The notes under the pieces: model-generated
Database searches by the model: none
What the model saw: only the letters and a program-made list of their open reading frames with translations
Told to the model about the DNA's origin: nothing
Assembly (NCBI GenBank): GCA_963809895.1
Contig: CAWELD010000003.1
Coordinates: 1,536,001-1,600,000 of the forward strand
Origin: an uncultured Gemmatimonadales bacterium
Lineage (GTDB): Bacteria > Gemmatimonadota > Gemmatimonadetes > Longimicrobiales > Gaopeijiaceae
DNA: 64,000 nt
Direction of reading: 5' to 3'
Program-made: the position numbers and the translations under genes
Shown: one piece after another, positions 21,187 to 29,989 of the stretch
Layout: each line of letters begins with the position of its first letter
Position numbering within the stretch: position 1 is the first letter of the stretch

Positions 21187-21989
21187 GACTGCACCTTCGA
21201 GGCTTCGCACCTGGCACAGAGCGTGGCGGTTGGGCCGACTCTCGCACCGCACATGTCACAAACTGATCGCCCTCCTCTAGATGGCACCCGGAACGAGTCG
21301 TTGCGCCTCCCTTCAACGGCGCCACTGACTTCCGGCCGGCTCGCCCGCGCGCCTGCGCTAACCACACCAGTATTCCCACGATAGCGGCTGTTCTTGCCTT
21401 CATTGTCTTGGGTCTGATGCCTATGTTGCTTGGGGGTGTCGGCAAGGGGCTCCGCGGACTCCGAGCGGGGGCCGGCGCCCTGGGCTTCCTTGGGCGCCGT
21501 GGGGGGGGGTCGCTCGGACCCATCGGTATGGGTATCGGAGCATCGACGTCCGATTCGCTCGTCATTGCAGTGCGGGCACACCCCCGACTTCTTCCATCGG
21601 CCGCAATTGCCACAGGTCGGCGGCTCCACTTGGAATCGTGGTAGCCGGCGATGCGGATCAGGGTGGGGCGCCCGGTACCGGGGAAGGTCTTCCGATCAAT
21701 TTCACCGTGTTTCTCGAGCTTCTTGAGGAAGCGCGATACCTTCGATTGGGTCCAGCCCCACCTTTCTTCGAAGAAGCTGCGGGGACCCGTGGCAGGCACC
21801 TCGCGGGGTAGAGTAGCCTCCCTGCTCGCTACCGTCAGGCGCCCATACGGCCGGCGTTCGGAGGTCGACCCACGCCTCACGATAAGACACCTCATGACGA
21901 GTGGTCGACGGGTGTAATGGATGCTCTCGGTCCGAGAAGGGAGCGCGCGGAACTTTGATCCATCCGTTCTTGCCGGCGAAGCTCGTCAT
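21183..21989 (-). pseudogene. Phage replication-initiator-like HTH protein with Cys-rich zinc-ribbon C-terminus (frameshifted)
   Basis: GWIKVPR..EAWVDL..RG, then ERWGWTQSKVSRFLKKLE..TLIRIAGY in another frame, then CxxC pairs in a third frame. Confidence 0.55.
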
Positions 21990-22730
21990 GACCTTCTCCG
22001 ACTCGGGAATTCTCGTCGACATTGCTCCCGTTCACGTTGTCCTCGGTGTTGCACAGTAGACACTGCGTCGTCACTTGTCCTTCCTAATCTGAGTTTCTTG
22101 CTCCGAAAGCAGGTGAGGCACCGAGGGCCTCACTCTCCGCTCTTAGGCCTGTCCGTCGGCGCGCAGGCACCCCCGCGAGTATTCCAGAGTCCTCTTCGAC
22201 AGCCTGCCACGTTGCTGATGCATCTTGGTCCTGGGCTTGAGTCGTGGTCGGCGCGCCAACAGAGGGTTGGCGTCAGACGGATCGTAGGGACGAGTCCTCC
22301 GATTCCTCAAGGTCTTGCTGTTATACTGTGAAATCGCCTCATCTCTTACGTTGGGGTAGGGTCCCAGCAGTCCTCCGACGCCACGCTCGGCTCGGCGCGT
22401 GGGGTACCCATGACAGAAGGGGTAGCCTCGTCAGCGACTCCACCATAGAAGGGTGCGGAGCCCTCTGTTTGTCGGAGCGACTTGGGCCTTACGTTGGGCT
22501 ATGCCGGTTGACCACGATCGGTCTCTTGGTGGCGAACCACTGGCGATGAACACCGATCCCGGCTCGGATTCCTCCTTGACGTGCGTCGCAGGGGAGCGGT
22601 CCTCGAACACGCGCCTTCGTCCGCGGGGGCTGCCGATGCCGTGGTGGCGGCGTGGCCCTGCAGGTTGACATGGCCCGTGATCGGGTCAGTCTCACGAGCA
22701 CCCCTCTTCACCTCAGGAGCCTCCTCGAAC

Positions 22731-23141
22731 ATGCGACTTCTCTCCACCGCCCTGCTTGCCGCCTGCCTCTTCGCCCTCGCCTGCCGCACCACCTTCTCTC
22801 CGGGGGCGATCAACGCGCCTATGCCGGCACAGCTCGTGTCCACGGGGCTGGCCCGCGACTGGGGGTGCACGAAGCCCCAGGTTGAGAACCGAGCAAGGTT
22901 CTTGGCCGACAGCTTGGAGTACGGCCTGTACTACATTCCCGAGGTGGGCTGGGACGCGTGCGAGCTGCTCGCGCGTGATGGCCTGTGGGATGAGATCGAG
23001 GAATCAGACTCCCTGGCCGTCTGGCACTACTACGTGGCCGGGCGAGACCGGACCGTGACCCTGCGAGCCGACGAATACGGGCGATGGACGGTGGATGAAG
23101 TCGACTGGGAGGAAGGCAGAGGCCCGAACCGACGCCGCTGA
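22731..23141 (+). CDS. Putative lipoprotein
   Basis: AGGAG RBS; MRLLSTALLAACLFALAC lipobox-like signal. Confidence 0.65.
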   Translation: MRLLSTALLAACLFALACRTTFSPGAINAPMPAQLVSTGLARDWGCTKPQVENRARFLADSLEYGLYYIPEVGWDACELLARDGLWDEIEESDSLAVWHYYVAGRDRTVTLRADEYGRWTVDEVDWEEGRGPNRRR

Positions 23142-23238
23142 CGTCCCACATGGCGGGGGGCAAGGCCAATGAGCGGTTGGCTTCCGTCAGGGCGCCGGCC
23201 GGACCTGCCATCGAACCCTCGCGGGCCTCCCGAACTCA

Positions 23239-24036
23239 TCACCAAACCACCCGTTCCCATTCGCCGCCCGCCCGAGCACGACGCGCCGCGGCCACGATCG
23301 CCATTCGTTCAGCCACGGTAAGGTCATCAGAGACAACGTTCGCGGTATTCGCTGGATCGACCAGACGAGCAGTTCGGAACTCGTCCCCGAGGTAGCGAAG
23401 CACCTCTCCGAAGTTGTCAGCCACGGCCCCCGTGCGCCGTCCCCGAGTCGCGTTGAGTACCGCCAGTTCGAGTGCAAGCGACGGGAACTCGAGTCCGTGA
23501 AGTGCACGCCATATCTTCGTGAGCCGTACCTCCTCCAGCCGGCCGGAATCACGCACGAGGTTGATGTGCTTCGCCACGTCGGTCTGTGTCCAGCTATCTG
23601 CCTTTCGCCGGTACAGAGAGTGTCGGTTCACGAACCCACTCTGAATCCGGGCGGGCACGAGATCGATCTTGTGGTCCAAGACTTCCACACCGATCGAGAC
23701 GTTCTGCGCCCTGGGGCTCCAGCCCGAAAAGCCCGCCCGCTGGAACAGGGTCCAGTAGATCTGGGAAAGCGTCTCCGGGACGTCGTGTCGGACGGAGATG
23801 AACAGGTCGAGGTCCGTTTGACCTCCCACGGCGGTTCCCTTGGCGTTCGATCCGGAGACTTCGATCCCTCGTAGGTACTGTCCGCCCCACTCGCGCACCA
23901 CAGGATCGATCCATGCACGGAGCATGGCGATCGTGATCGGGCCTGCGCCGGTCGGGTAGCGCCGGAGCACCTGGCGGAGGTAGCGGTCTCCCTCAGACTC
24001 GAGCAGCAGCCCGAGGAGGCCCGAGTGCGTCGTCAT
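23239..24036 (-). CDS. Second nucleotidyltransferase (minimal CD-NTase/OAS-like)
   Basis: SGSNAKGT..TDLDLF, third Asp in IDLVP, EVRLTKIW, FPSLALEL, LVDPANTAN; TGATG coupling to nucC. Confidence 0.85.
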   Translation of the reverse strand: MTTHSGLLGLLLESEGDRYLRQVLRRYPTGAGPITIAMLRAWIDPVVREWGGQYLRGIEVSGSNAKGTAVGGQTDLDLFISVRHDVPETLSQIYWTLFQRAGFSGWSPRAQNVSIGVEVLDHKIDLVPARIQSGFVNRHSLYRRKADSWTQTDVAKHINLVRDSGRLEEVRLTKIWRALHGLEFPSLALELAVLNATRGRRTGAVADNFGEVLRYLGDEFRTARLVDPANTANVVSDDLTVAERMAIVAAARRARAGGEWERVVW

Positions 24037-24791
24037 CAGCCGTTTCGGAGCTCCTCGCTCCAGATATCGAGGTCCATCGCGAGCGCAGTCCCAAGGCGCT
24101 GGAGTTCACGCATTAGTGCTGTGAAGAAGCCCACGAGCGCGGTGTCCTGATCGTACACGACCATCTCTCCGCCGTCCGTCGGCAGTTCAAACGCGCCGGC
24201 CTGTAGGGCTACCCCCAGCTGCAGCTCATCCTGTCCGTGGAGCTCCTCAAGGACGTTGCGGAACGTCTCCCCGAACGGATCGGCGTAGCTGGAGTCTACG
24301 GCCAAGATGCCACCAAGGATCAACTGGTCCGCCGGGTCCTTCCCCTTCTTCGGCTCGCCCTCGTAGGTGTAAATCGGTCCCGAAGTCCGGGCCAACGCTC
24401 GCACTGACGCCACTTTTTCCGCCGTCTCCCGAAGGGTGGCGCTGGAGATCTCCTGCTTGGCGTCGAACACAGCGTAGACACTCTCCGCTGGAACGAAGCA
24501 GGCCGTGCCCGCTTGGAAGAGAAACGGGGAGTACTGAGCGTCGTGGATGATGACGTCGAGCTGTCCAGAGACTCCACCCGCGTGATCTACGACGAACCCG
24601 CTCTGGACGGAGTACCTTCGCGGGAGGTAGGACGCGAGCATGTCTCGCCACCGCAGCTCGGCAGCAGCACCCTTCTCACCCTGATGAGGCATGATCCGAC
24701 GGTTGGCCGACAGTGCGGCCTCCATCTCGTCCTGCTTGGCCCGCATCAACTCGGCCACCGTAGGGGCCCGATCAAGGCGCTCAAGCGTCAT
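24036..24791 (-). CDS. nucC: NucC-family cyclic-oligonucleotide-activated endonuclease (DUF6602)
   Basis: H.GEKG..E.W..ML..YLP.RY, QLDVII.D.QYSPF.F, VPAESVYAVF(D)AK, KVASVR.L.RTS, GT..MD...W C-terminus, colinear with NucC as recalled. Confidence 0.9.
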   Translation of the reverse strand: MTLERLDRAPTVAELMRAKQDEMEAALSANRRIMPHQGEKGAAAELRWRDMLASYLPRRYSVQSGFVVDHAGGVSGQLDVIIHDAQYSPFLFQAGTACFVPAESVYAVFDAKQEISSATLRETAEKVASVRALARTSGPIYTYEGEPKKGKDPADQLILGGILAVDSSYADPFGETFRNVLEELHGQDELQLGVALQAGAFELPTDGGEMVVYDQDTALVGFFTALMRELQRLGTALAMDLDIWSEELRNG

Positions 24792-25239
24792 CCTCGTCTC
24801 CGTCCTTGCTGGGAAACTCCTGGTGAGAGCTCGGCCCGAGCCAGGCGCCGACCTGCTTCCAGACCTCGTAGTACTGCAGCCACAGTGCGGCCCACATCAC
24901 GACTGTGCCGGCAAGCGACTCAACGTCCTTCCAACGCCACTCCTTGGGCCAGTGGAGGCACAGGCTGCCGTCAGGCCATCGATGCGGCGCATCCGGATCG
25001 AGCCGTGGGCAGTCCACAAATACGCTCGGTGGTCCCCGCCGTTCGTACACGACCCGAATCCTGTACGAGTCGGAGTGGGGGCTGGGCTGTAGGTCTCCCG
25101 TCCACGTCACACGCCGGTCCCTACCCACCCCCGCTTCCAAACCCGGGAAGTCCCGCGCCATCGCCGCGATTTGCCCCCGCGGGTCCCGCGGCCGGCGATA
25201 CTGGCCCGGGCCGTGCCCGAGACTACTTCTCCGGCCCAT
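24781..25239 (-). CDS. Prokaryotic E2 ubiquitin-conjugating-like protein (CBASS type II short)
   Basis: WTGDLQP..Y.I.V.Y, PHRWPDGSLCL (catalytic Cys), WLQYYE.W..G.W.G; ATG 25239 overlaps the cyclase stop. Confidence 0.8.
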   Translation of the reverse strand: MGRRSSLGHGPGQYRRPRDPRGQIAAMARDFPGLEAGVGRDRRVTWTGDLQPSPHSDSYRIRVVYERRGPPSVFVDCPRLDPDAPHRWPDGSLCLHWPKEWRWKDVESLAGTVVMWAALWLQYYEVWKQVGAWLGPSSHQEFPSKDGDEDDA

Positions 25240-26269
25240 GGAAGGTCGTCGGCCTGCTTTGAGACGATCCAGAGGTCGCCGTCGCCGAGATGGCACCGGA
25301 CGACGAGACGAATGCCTTTCCGGGCGTGGCGGCTACAGCGGCTGCGAGCGCTTCGTTCTCCACTTCGGCCTCCGACGGCCAGAGCGTCGGGTAGACCTTC
25401 CGCCAGACCGCATGCGCGTCCTCGTCGCAGTCCGCGTCGACTGCCTTCCGCGCGGCCGCCGCCGCTTCACGAACCCTCCGCATGAACGCCTCGAACTCGT
25501 CTCGTCTCCAGCCAGAGGAGATCACTGTGTGGAGCTGGGGGTCCAGCACGCGTGGCACACCATCCCCATCATCCATCAGCTTCTCCCACTTCGACGCCAC
25601 ATGCTCGAAGAAGTGGCAGACGTTCTGCGCGGTGGACCGCCCTTCGAGGACCACGTTCCCCCCGACGACCGAGTGGTAGACGATCACCTCCAGGAGGTAG
25701 CTCTTCGGGCGCCGGTACACCATCTGCTCGTCCCGCCACGCCTTCACCAGCTTGATCAGCGGGATGAGCTTCTTGGCGTGATCCGCGTTGGCGGCCGAGA
25801 GACTCTTCCCGTAGCCGAGGGGGTCGGAGTTGATCCACTCCTGCTTGCTGCGATCCGGTATCCGCAGGGGAGCCTCAAGGCCCTCGTCCGCGACGGCCCC
25901 GACGATATCCAGGCAGAGGTCGTGAGCCGGGAAGTCAAGCCGGATCGAGCGCCGCTGCGGCGAGGCCTCTGCGGAGGCATCCGGATACTCGCTGAGGACG
26001 GTCTTCAGCTCACGGAGAACGCTCTCCGGGGTCCGGTCGAGGGCCTCATCCGGCAGGAACACCAGCGTATCGACGTCCTTGATCTCGCCGATCGCCGTGT
26101 GTCGTCCATACGACCCGATCAAACGTGAGTGTGGCGACGCCGTCTCGAAGTCGTGTTCCTTGAGCCACTCCCGAACCTCTCCGGGCAACCGCTGAGCGGC
26201 CGTGAGCCGGTCGTCAGATGGATTGACCTTCTTGAGCAGGGCCGAGAACGCGAAACGGGATGAAGCCAC
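25223..26269 (-). CDS. CD-NTase cyclic oligonucleotide synthase (CdnD-like)
   Basis: GSYGRHTAI..DVD, LDIV, PLRIPDR..EW..SDP, KLVKAWR, PKSYLLE; flexible tail ending TTFHG-PEK; GGAGG RBS. Confidence 0.9.
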   Translation of the reverse strand: MASSRFAFSALLKKVNPSDDRLTAAQRLPGEVREWLKEHDFETASPHSRLIGSYGRHTAIGEIKDVDTLVFLPDEALDRTPESVLRELKTVLSEYPDASAEASPQRRSIRLDFPAHDLCLDIVGAVADEGLEAPLRIPDRSKQEWINSDPLGYGKSLSAANADHAKKLIPLIKLVKAWRDEQMVYRRPKSYLLEVIVYHSVVGGNVVLEGRSTAQNVCHFFEHVASKWEKLMDDGDGVPRVLDPQLHTVISSGWRRDEFEAFMRRVREAAAAARKAVDADCDEDAHAVWRKVYPTLWPSEAEVENEALAAAVAATPGKAFVSSSGAISATATSGSSQSRPTTFHGPEK

Positions 26270-26398
26270 GGCGAACCTCCAGCGGGATCGAAGACACCCA
26301 GAACTGGAGATCTGCCCGCGTGCTGGGGAGAGGCTCCGCAGCGCAGGCCGCTACCGTCGAGTGTCGAAATGGTCTGTGGGCACACTCGTACCCTTCGC

Positions 26399-26471
26399 AA
26401 TGTGGCGTGAAAGCCGCGCGAGGTCAACCCTATGCAGTGGTATGAACTTAGGAGGCCACAATATGTTGTGG
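26399..26471 (-). promoter_or_regulatory. Putative CBASS promoter with tandem NrdR-box-like operators
   Basis: Minus strand TTGACC(26427-26422)-N17-CACATT(26404-26399); 16-mers CCACAATATGTTGTGG (26456-26471) and CAACCCTATGCAGTGG (26425-26440), 31 bp apart. Confidence 0.55.
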
Positions 26472-26547
26472 TACTTCGGCCCCTGTTCGGGAGCGCGGCA
26501 TCGTCGTCAAGGCCAGGAGATTCGCGAACACCGTTTCAAGGACTTTC

Positions 26548-26736
26548 TCAACGGGCGGGGTTCAAGAACTTTCCCGTCCCGGCATCCGCCTTGGGCTTGA
26601 TGAGGTCTCTTTCGTGCGCCAGCTCGTCGAGGTCCCGTTGCGTGGCCGAGAGGGCCTTGTCGGCCTGGACCATTTCCCGGTAAAGCTGCTCGCCGGGCCG
26701 AACCACGTCGATCGGCAGGAAGTAGGTGCGGGCCAT
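26548..26736 (-). CDS. Small coiled-coil hypothetical protein
   Basis: ATG directly after the upstream TAG; GGAGG RBS inside the upstream gene. Confidence 0.55.
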   Translation of the reverse strand: MARTYFLPIDVVRPGEQLYREMVQADKALSATQRDLDELAHERDLIKPKADAGTGKFLNPAR

Positions 26737-27000
26737 CTAGGCCACCTCCCCGTCGGGTCCAAACGCAATGTCCAAGAACCTGGCGGCCTGCCGAAATCCC
26801 CGAGAGATGGCATCGTCTTGAGCCTGTTTCTCCCGTTCGAGCATCTCGGCCTGGTGCTCGACATGCGCCGCACCGTTCTCCAACAGCTCGCGCACCCATT
26901 CCGACGTCCACTTCCCGAGCAGGGACGCCGCATGATGAACGCGGTCGTACATCTCGGGGGTCATCCTGACCGTCAAGGTCTCTGACTTCGTTCTCGCCAT
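26737..27000 (-). CDS. Ribbon-helix-helix DNA-binding protein
   Basis: KSETLTVRMTPEMYDRVHHAASLLGKWTSEWVRELL RHH pattern; AGGAGG RBS. Confidence 0.7.
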   Translation of the reverse strand: MARTKSETLTVRMTPEMYDRVHHAASLLGKWTSEWVRELLENGAAHVEHQAEMLEREKQAQDDAISRGFRQAARFLDIAFGPDGEVA

Positions 27001-27174
27001 CTGTGGTGGCCCTCCTGTCTGCAATGCGAGTCGCGGACGCCGCACCTCGTGTGCGACTCGTCACGGCGACCCGCCCAGGTCGTTCGCCTCCCAATCTGAA
27101 GATCCGACCGGAATGGGCAACGCAGATGTCGGCACATCCGAAATACGTTGCGCGCACCTGCGCGTCAGGCCGGG

Positions 27175-27217
27175 TTGCTTCGATGTTGAAGCGTACGTAT
27201 AATTCATTATACTACGC
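27175..27217 (+). promoter_or_regulatory. Sigma70-like promoter overlapping a palindrome (possible recombinase site)
   Basis: TTGCTT(27175)-N17-TATAAT(27198); inverted repeat GTATAAT-TC-ATTATAC flanked by GCGTA/TACGC. Confidence 0.65.
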
Positions 27218-27246
27218 ACCGACACTGCGACGAGGGGCCCCCTAGC

Positions 27247-28257
27247 ATGTCCGGGAAGCAACTGGAGATCGGCAACCTTCTGACCGACGCCAAGACGCCC
27301 TCGCTGGCGAGCGACGGAGGCTCGTTGGAGCAGCTCGCGAAGACCTTCAAAGATGGCCTCAGCGAGAACACGCGGCGCGCCTACGCACAGGATCTCCGGG
27401 ACTGCGCTCACTTCCTGGCGCGCCATTCCGGCGAGGTCGACCCGGACGTCTCCGAGCTGCCCGAGGGTGCGGCGTACGTGGCCCGGAAGCTTCTGCCCAA
27501 TGGCCAGGGCATGGCCAACGCCCTTGTAATCGGGTACCGGAGCTATCTTGGGGAGAAAGGCCGGGCCCCCGCCACGGTCAACCGCCGCCTCGCGGCAGTG
27601 CGCTCGCTGGTGAAGGCGGCCCGGTTGTTCGGGATCGTGACGTGGAAGCTGGAGGTCTCCAGCGTGAGGTCGCGGTCCTACCGGGACACGTCGGGTCCAG
27701 GGCTCAAGGGCTTCAAGAGAATGATGGCCAAGGCCAGGGCCGACGACACAGCCAAGGGTGTGCGCGACCGCGCAATCCTCCGGCTGCTATGGGACCTGGC
27801 CCTCCGCCGGTCCGAGGTCGTGGGGCTCGATGTCGAGGACGTCGACCTGGAGCGCGGGCGCCTCATGGTCCACGGGAAGGGGCGAGGCGAGCCTGAATTG
27901 ATGACACTACCGGACGGGACGAAGGCCGCGCTCGGGCGGTGGCTGGAGGTCCGAGGCGAGCACGATGGGGCCCTCTTCACGAACTTCGACCGGGCCAGTA
28001 AGGGCGACGGGCGCCTGAGCGGCACCTCGGTCTACCGGATGGTATGCCAGCGCGGAGAAGATGCGGACGTGAAGGACGTGCGCCCCCATGGCATCCGGCA
28101 CGCTGCCATCACGCACGCGCTGGACAAGTTCGACGGCGACGTTCGGACGGTATCGAAGTTCAGCCGACACCGGGACGTGCGCGTGCTCATGACCTACGAT
28201 GACAACCGCGAAGACCTCGGCGGCGAGGTCGCGTGTACGGTGGCGGCTGCGGTGTAG
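27247..28257 (+). CDS. XerC/D-like tyrosine recombinase (resolvase)
   Basis: SAM-like N-terminus (SENTRRAY, ATVNRRLAAVRS), LRRSE, HGKG, HGIRH, SRH, Y. Confidence 0.92.
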   Translation: MSGKQLEIGNLLTDAKTPSLASDGGSLEQLAKTFKDGLSENTRRAYAQDLRDCAHFLARHSGEVDPDVSELPEGAAYVARKLLPNGQGMANALVIGYRSYLGEKGRAPATVNRRLAAVRSLVKAARLFGIVTWKLEVSSVRSRSYRDTSGPGLKGFKRMMAKARADDTAKGVRDRAILRLLWDLALRRSEVVGLDVEDVDLERGRLMVHGKGRGEPELMTLPDGTKAALGRWLEVRGEHDGALFTNFDRASKGDGRLSGTSVYRMVCQRGEDADVKDVRPHGIRHAAITHALDKFDGDVRTVSKFSRHRDVRVLMTYDDNREDLGGEVACTVAAAV

Positions 28258-28389
28258 GAGGAGGATGTCGAGCGTGCGGCTCGCTCCAAAGCTGAACAGG
28301 GCGGCCAGCTCCTGCTACGTCTCGGAATGTTCTCTCCGTGCATGCCGCCAAGAACAGCCCCCCCAATTCGGTGAGGATGGAGTCTTCAT

Positions 28390-29790
28390 CCGAGAGCGAG
28401 CGCATGCGAAAGGGGGCGCGAGTCGGGATGTTGTCTGAGGTCACCACGCGTCCGGCCTTCCAGCGTCGGAAGAACACGGGCTCTCCACCCCACCCAAGGA
28501 AGGAGGCCGGGCCGGCAGAGAACCGCTCCCAGAGCACATCGCCTTCTCTTCGAGACGGTTCCGTAGCCATGTCGCGATGGGACATGCTGCATGAAGCCGT
28601 TGACGACGCCGGCGACCGCTCTGGTGGTCGGCGAGCTAGCCATGTGAGATCCACGGTCGCCAGGCCCTCATCATCTATCCACGGTCTGATCGGGGGTGAC
28701 GCGTCCTGCACAGCCTCGGCTAGTTCCTCGACCGCCTTTCGTGGCACTGCCAATACGCTTGGCAGTCTTGCGGACCGCGATGATGCCATGGCCACCGTGT
28801 ACGGAAACTCCCTGTGCTGGAGGGCGTCCCTAATCGGATAGAAGCTCTCGATGGCTTTCGTAGTCCGGTCACTCGACACGAACTCCGCTAGGCTTGAGTT
28901 GTGTTGACCGATCAGCTTCATTGCCCGTGATTCGCCCTTCCTGGGAAGGCGAAGGGTCCGCTCATGCTTCCTGAGATTCAGGGAGTACACATCGTCGGCG
29001 AGAGCGGCCAAGTCGTCAAACGCCCCGGTGGCCAGCATGTACTGGAATGCCAGATGGAAGAGCGCGCGAGCCTCCGTGTCGTTGTTCGCGGTCTTGAGCG
29101 AGGCGATTTCGGCTGCATCCGTGGTGCGACACAGGAAGTCCAATCGCCTTGCGAGCCCCGAAAGCCGCCTCTCGCGTCTGCCTCCCCCAAAGAACCATGC
29201 CCGCCTGAAATCGGGGAACACGAGGTCCTTTCGGAAGAGGTAGTAGAAACCTTCGTTACCCCAAACCCCGGGTTGGCCTCGAAGTGTTCACGCGCGACGC
29301 ATAGGAGGCGAAGATGGTTCAACAGTTCAGGCCAGGTGCAATAGATGGCGTACCTCCGGCCCGACCTCGGTAATGACGACACGGCCGCATGAGACCCCAC
29401 GACGAGATCCACATGGCGCCTCAGGAGGACCGCGAGGTATTCGATTGCCGCACCCTCCGATCCCTCGCCCTCAAGGCTACGAAAGTGCTCATAGGTCCGG
29501 TGCGGACCTAGCAAGGAGCGCGACGTGGGCCGGTGCAACACCACATGGCCCTCGTCGACATGAACCTCCCCGATCGTGGCTTGATTCCCTGCCAAGGGCC
29601 TTGGGAGGTCTTGGTGCCCCGGTATGAGGCAAAGGTCGATGAAGTCGTAGTCGGCCAACTCCGCCAACCGACCGATGGCATCGTCGGACATGCCGACGAG
29701 GGCGGTGGGCCCGACGATCACCGACACCTCGGGTTCGACCCATCGCACCCGATCGTATGGATTACCTGTATCAGTACTGAAGCGGGTCAT
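28390..29790 (-). pseudogene. HEPN-motif protein split by frameshifts; end coordinate approximate
   Basis: ORFs 28978-29850 and 28187-29221 join near 29255; RDALQH (RxxxxH) at ~28814-28831. Confidence 0.5.
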
Positions 29791-29989
29791 TCCTCTCGAA
29801 CGGGTCGAAGGTGGTTTCAGGTGACTTCCGATAGCCGACATCCGGTCCAAGCATCGCAGCCCGCGCCCTCCGCTGTCGAGCAGTTCCCGCGTTGCCCTGA
29901 CCCTCAGCAGCCCTACCCTAGAGTGCGTAAAGACGCATTATCGTACCCAAAGATAAGCCGAATCTGGCAAATTACAAGCACATTCGAGG

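Noticed and set aside
26730..26745. TAG read-through fusing the two small MART genes
   Set aside because: The downstream gene has its own GGAGG RBS and ATG, so translational coupling is the simpler explanation.
29920..29960. Short palindromes (TGCGT-N4-ACGCA, TTATC-N9-GATAA) as a second recombinase site
   Set aside because: The arms are short and do not clearly match the 27191-27217 palindrome, so support is insufficient.
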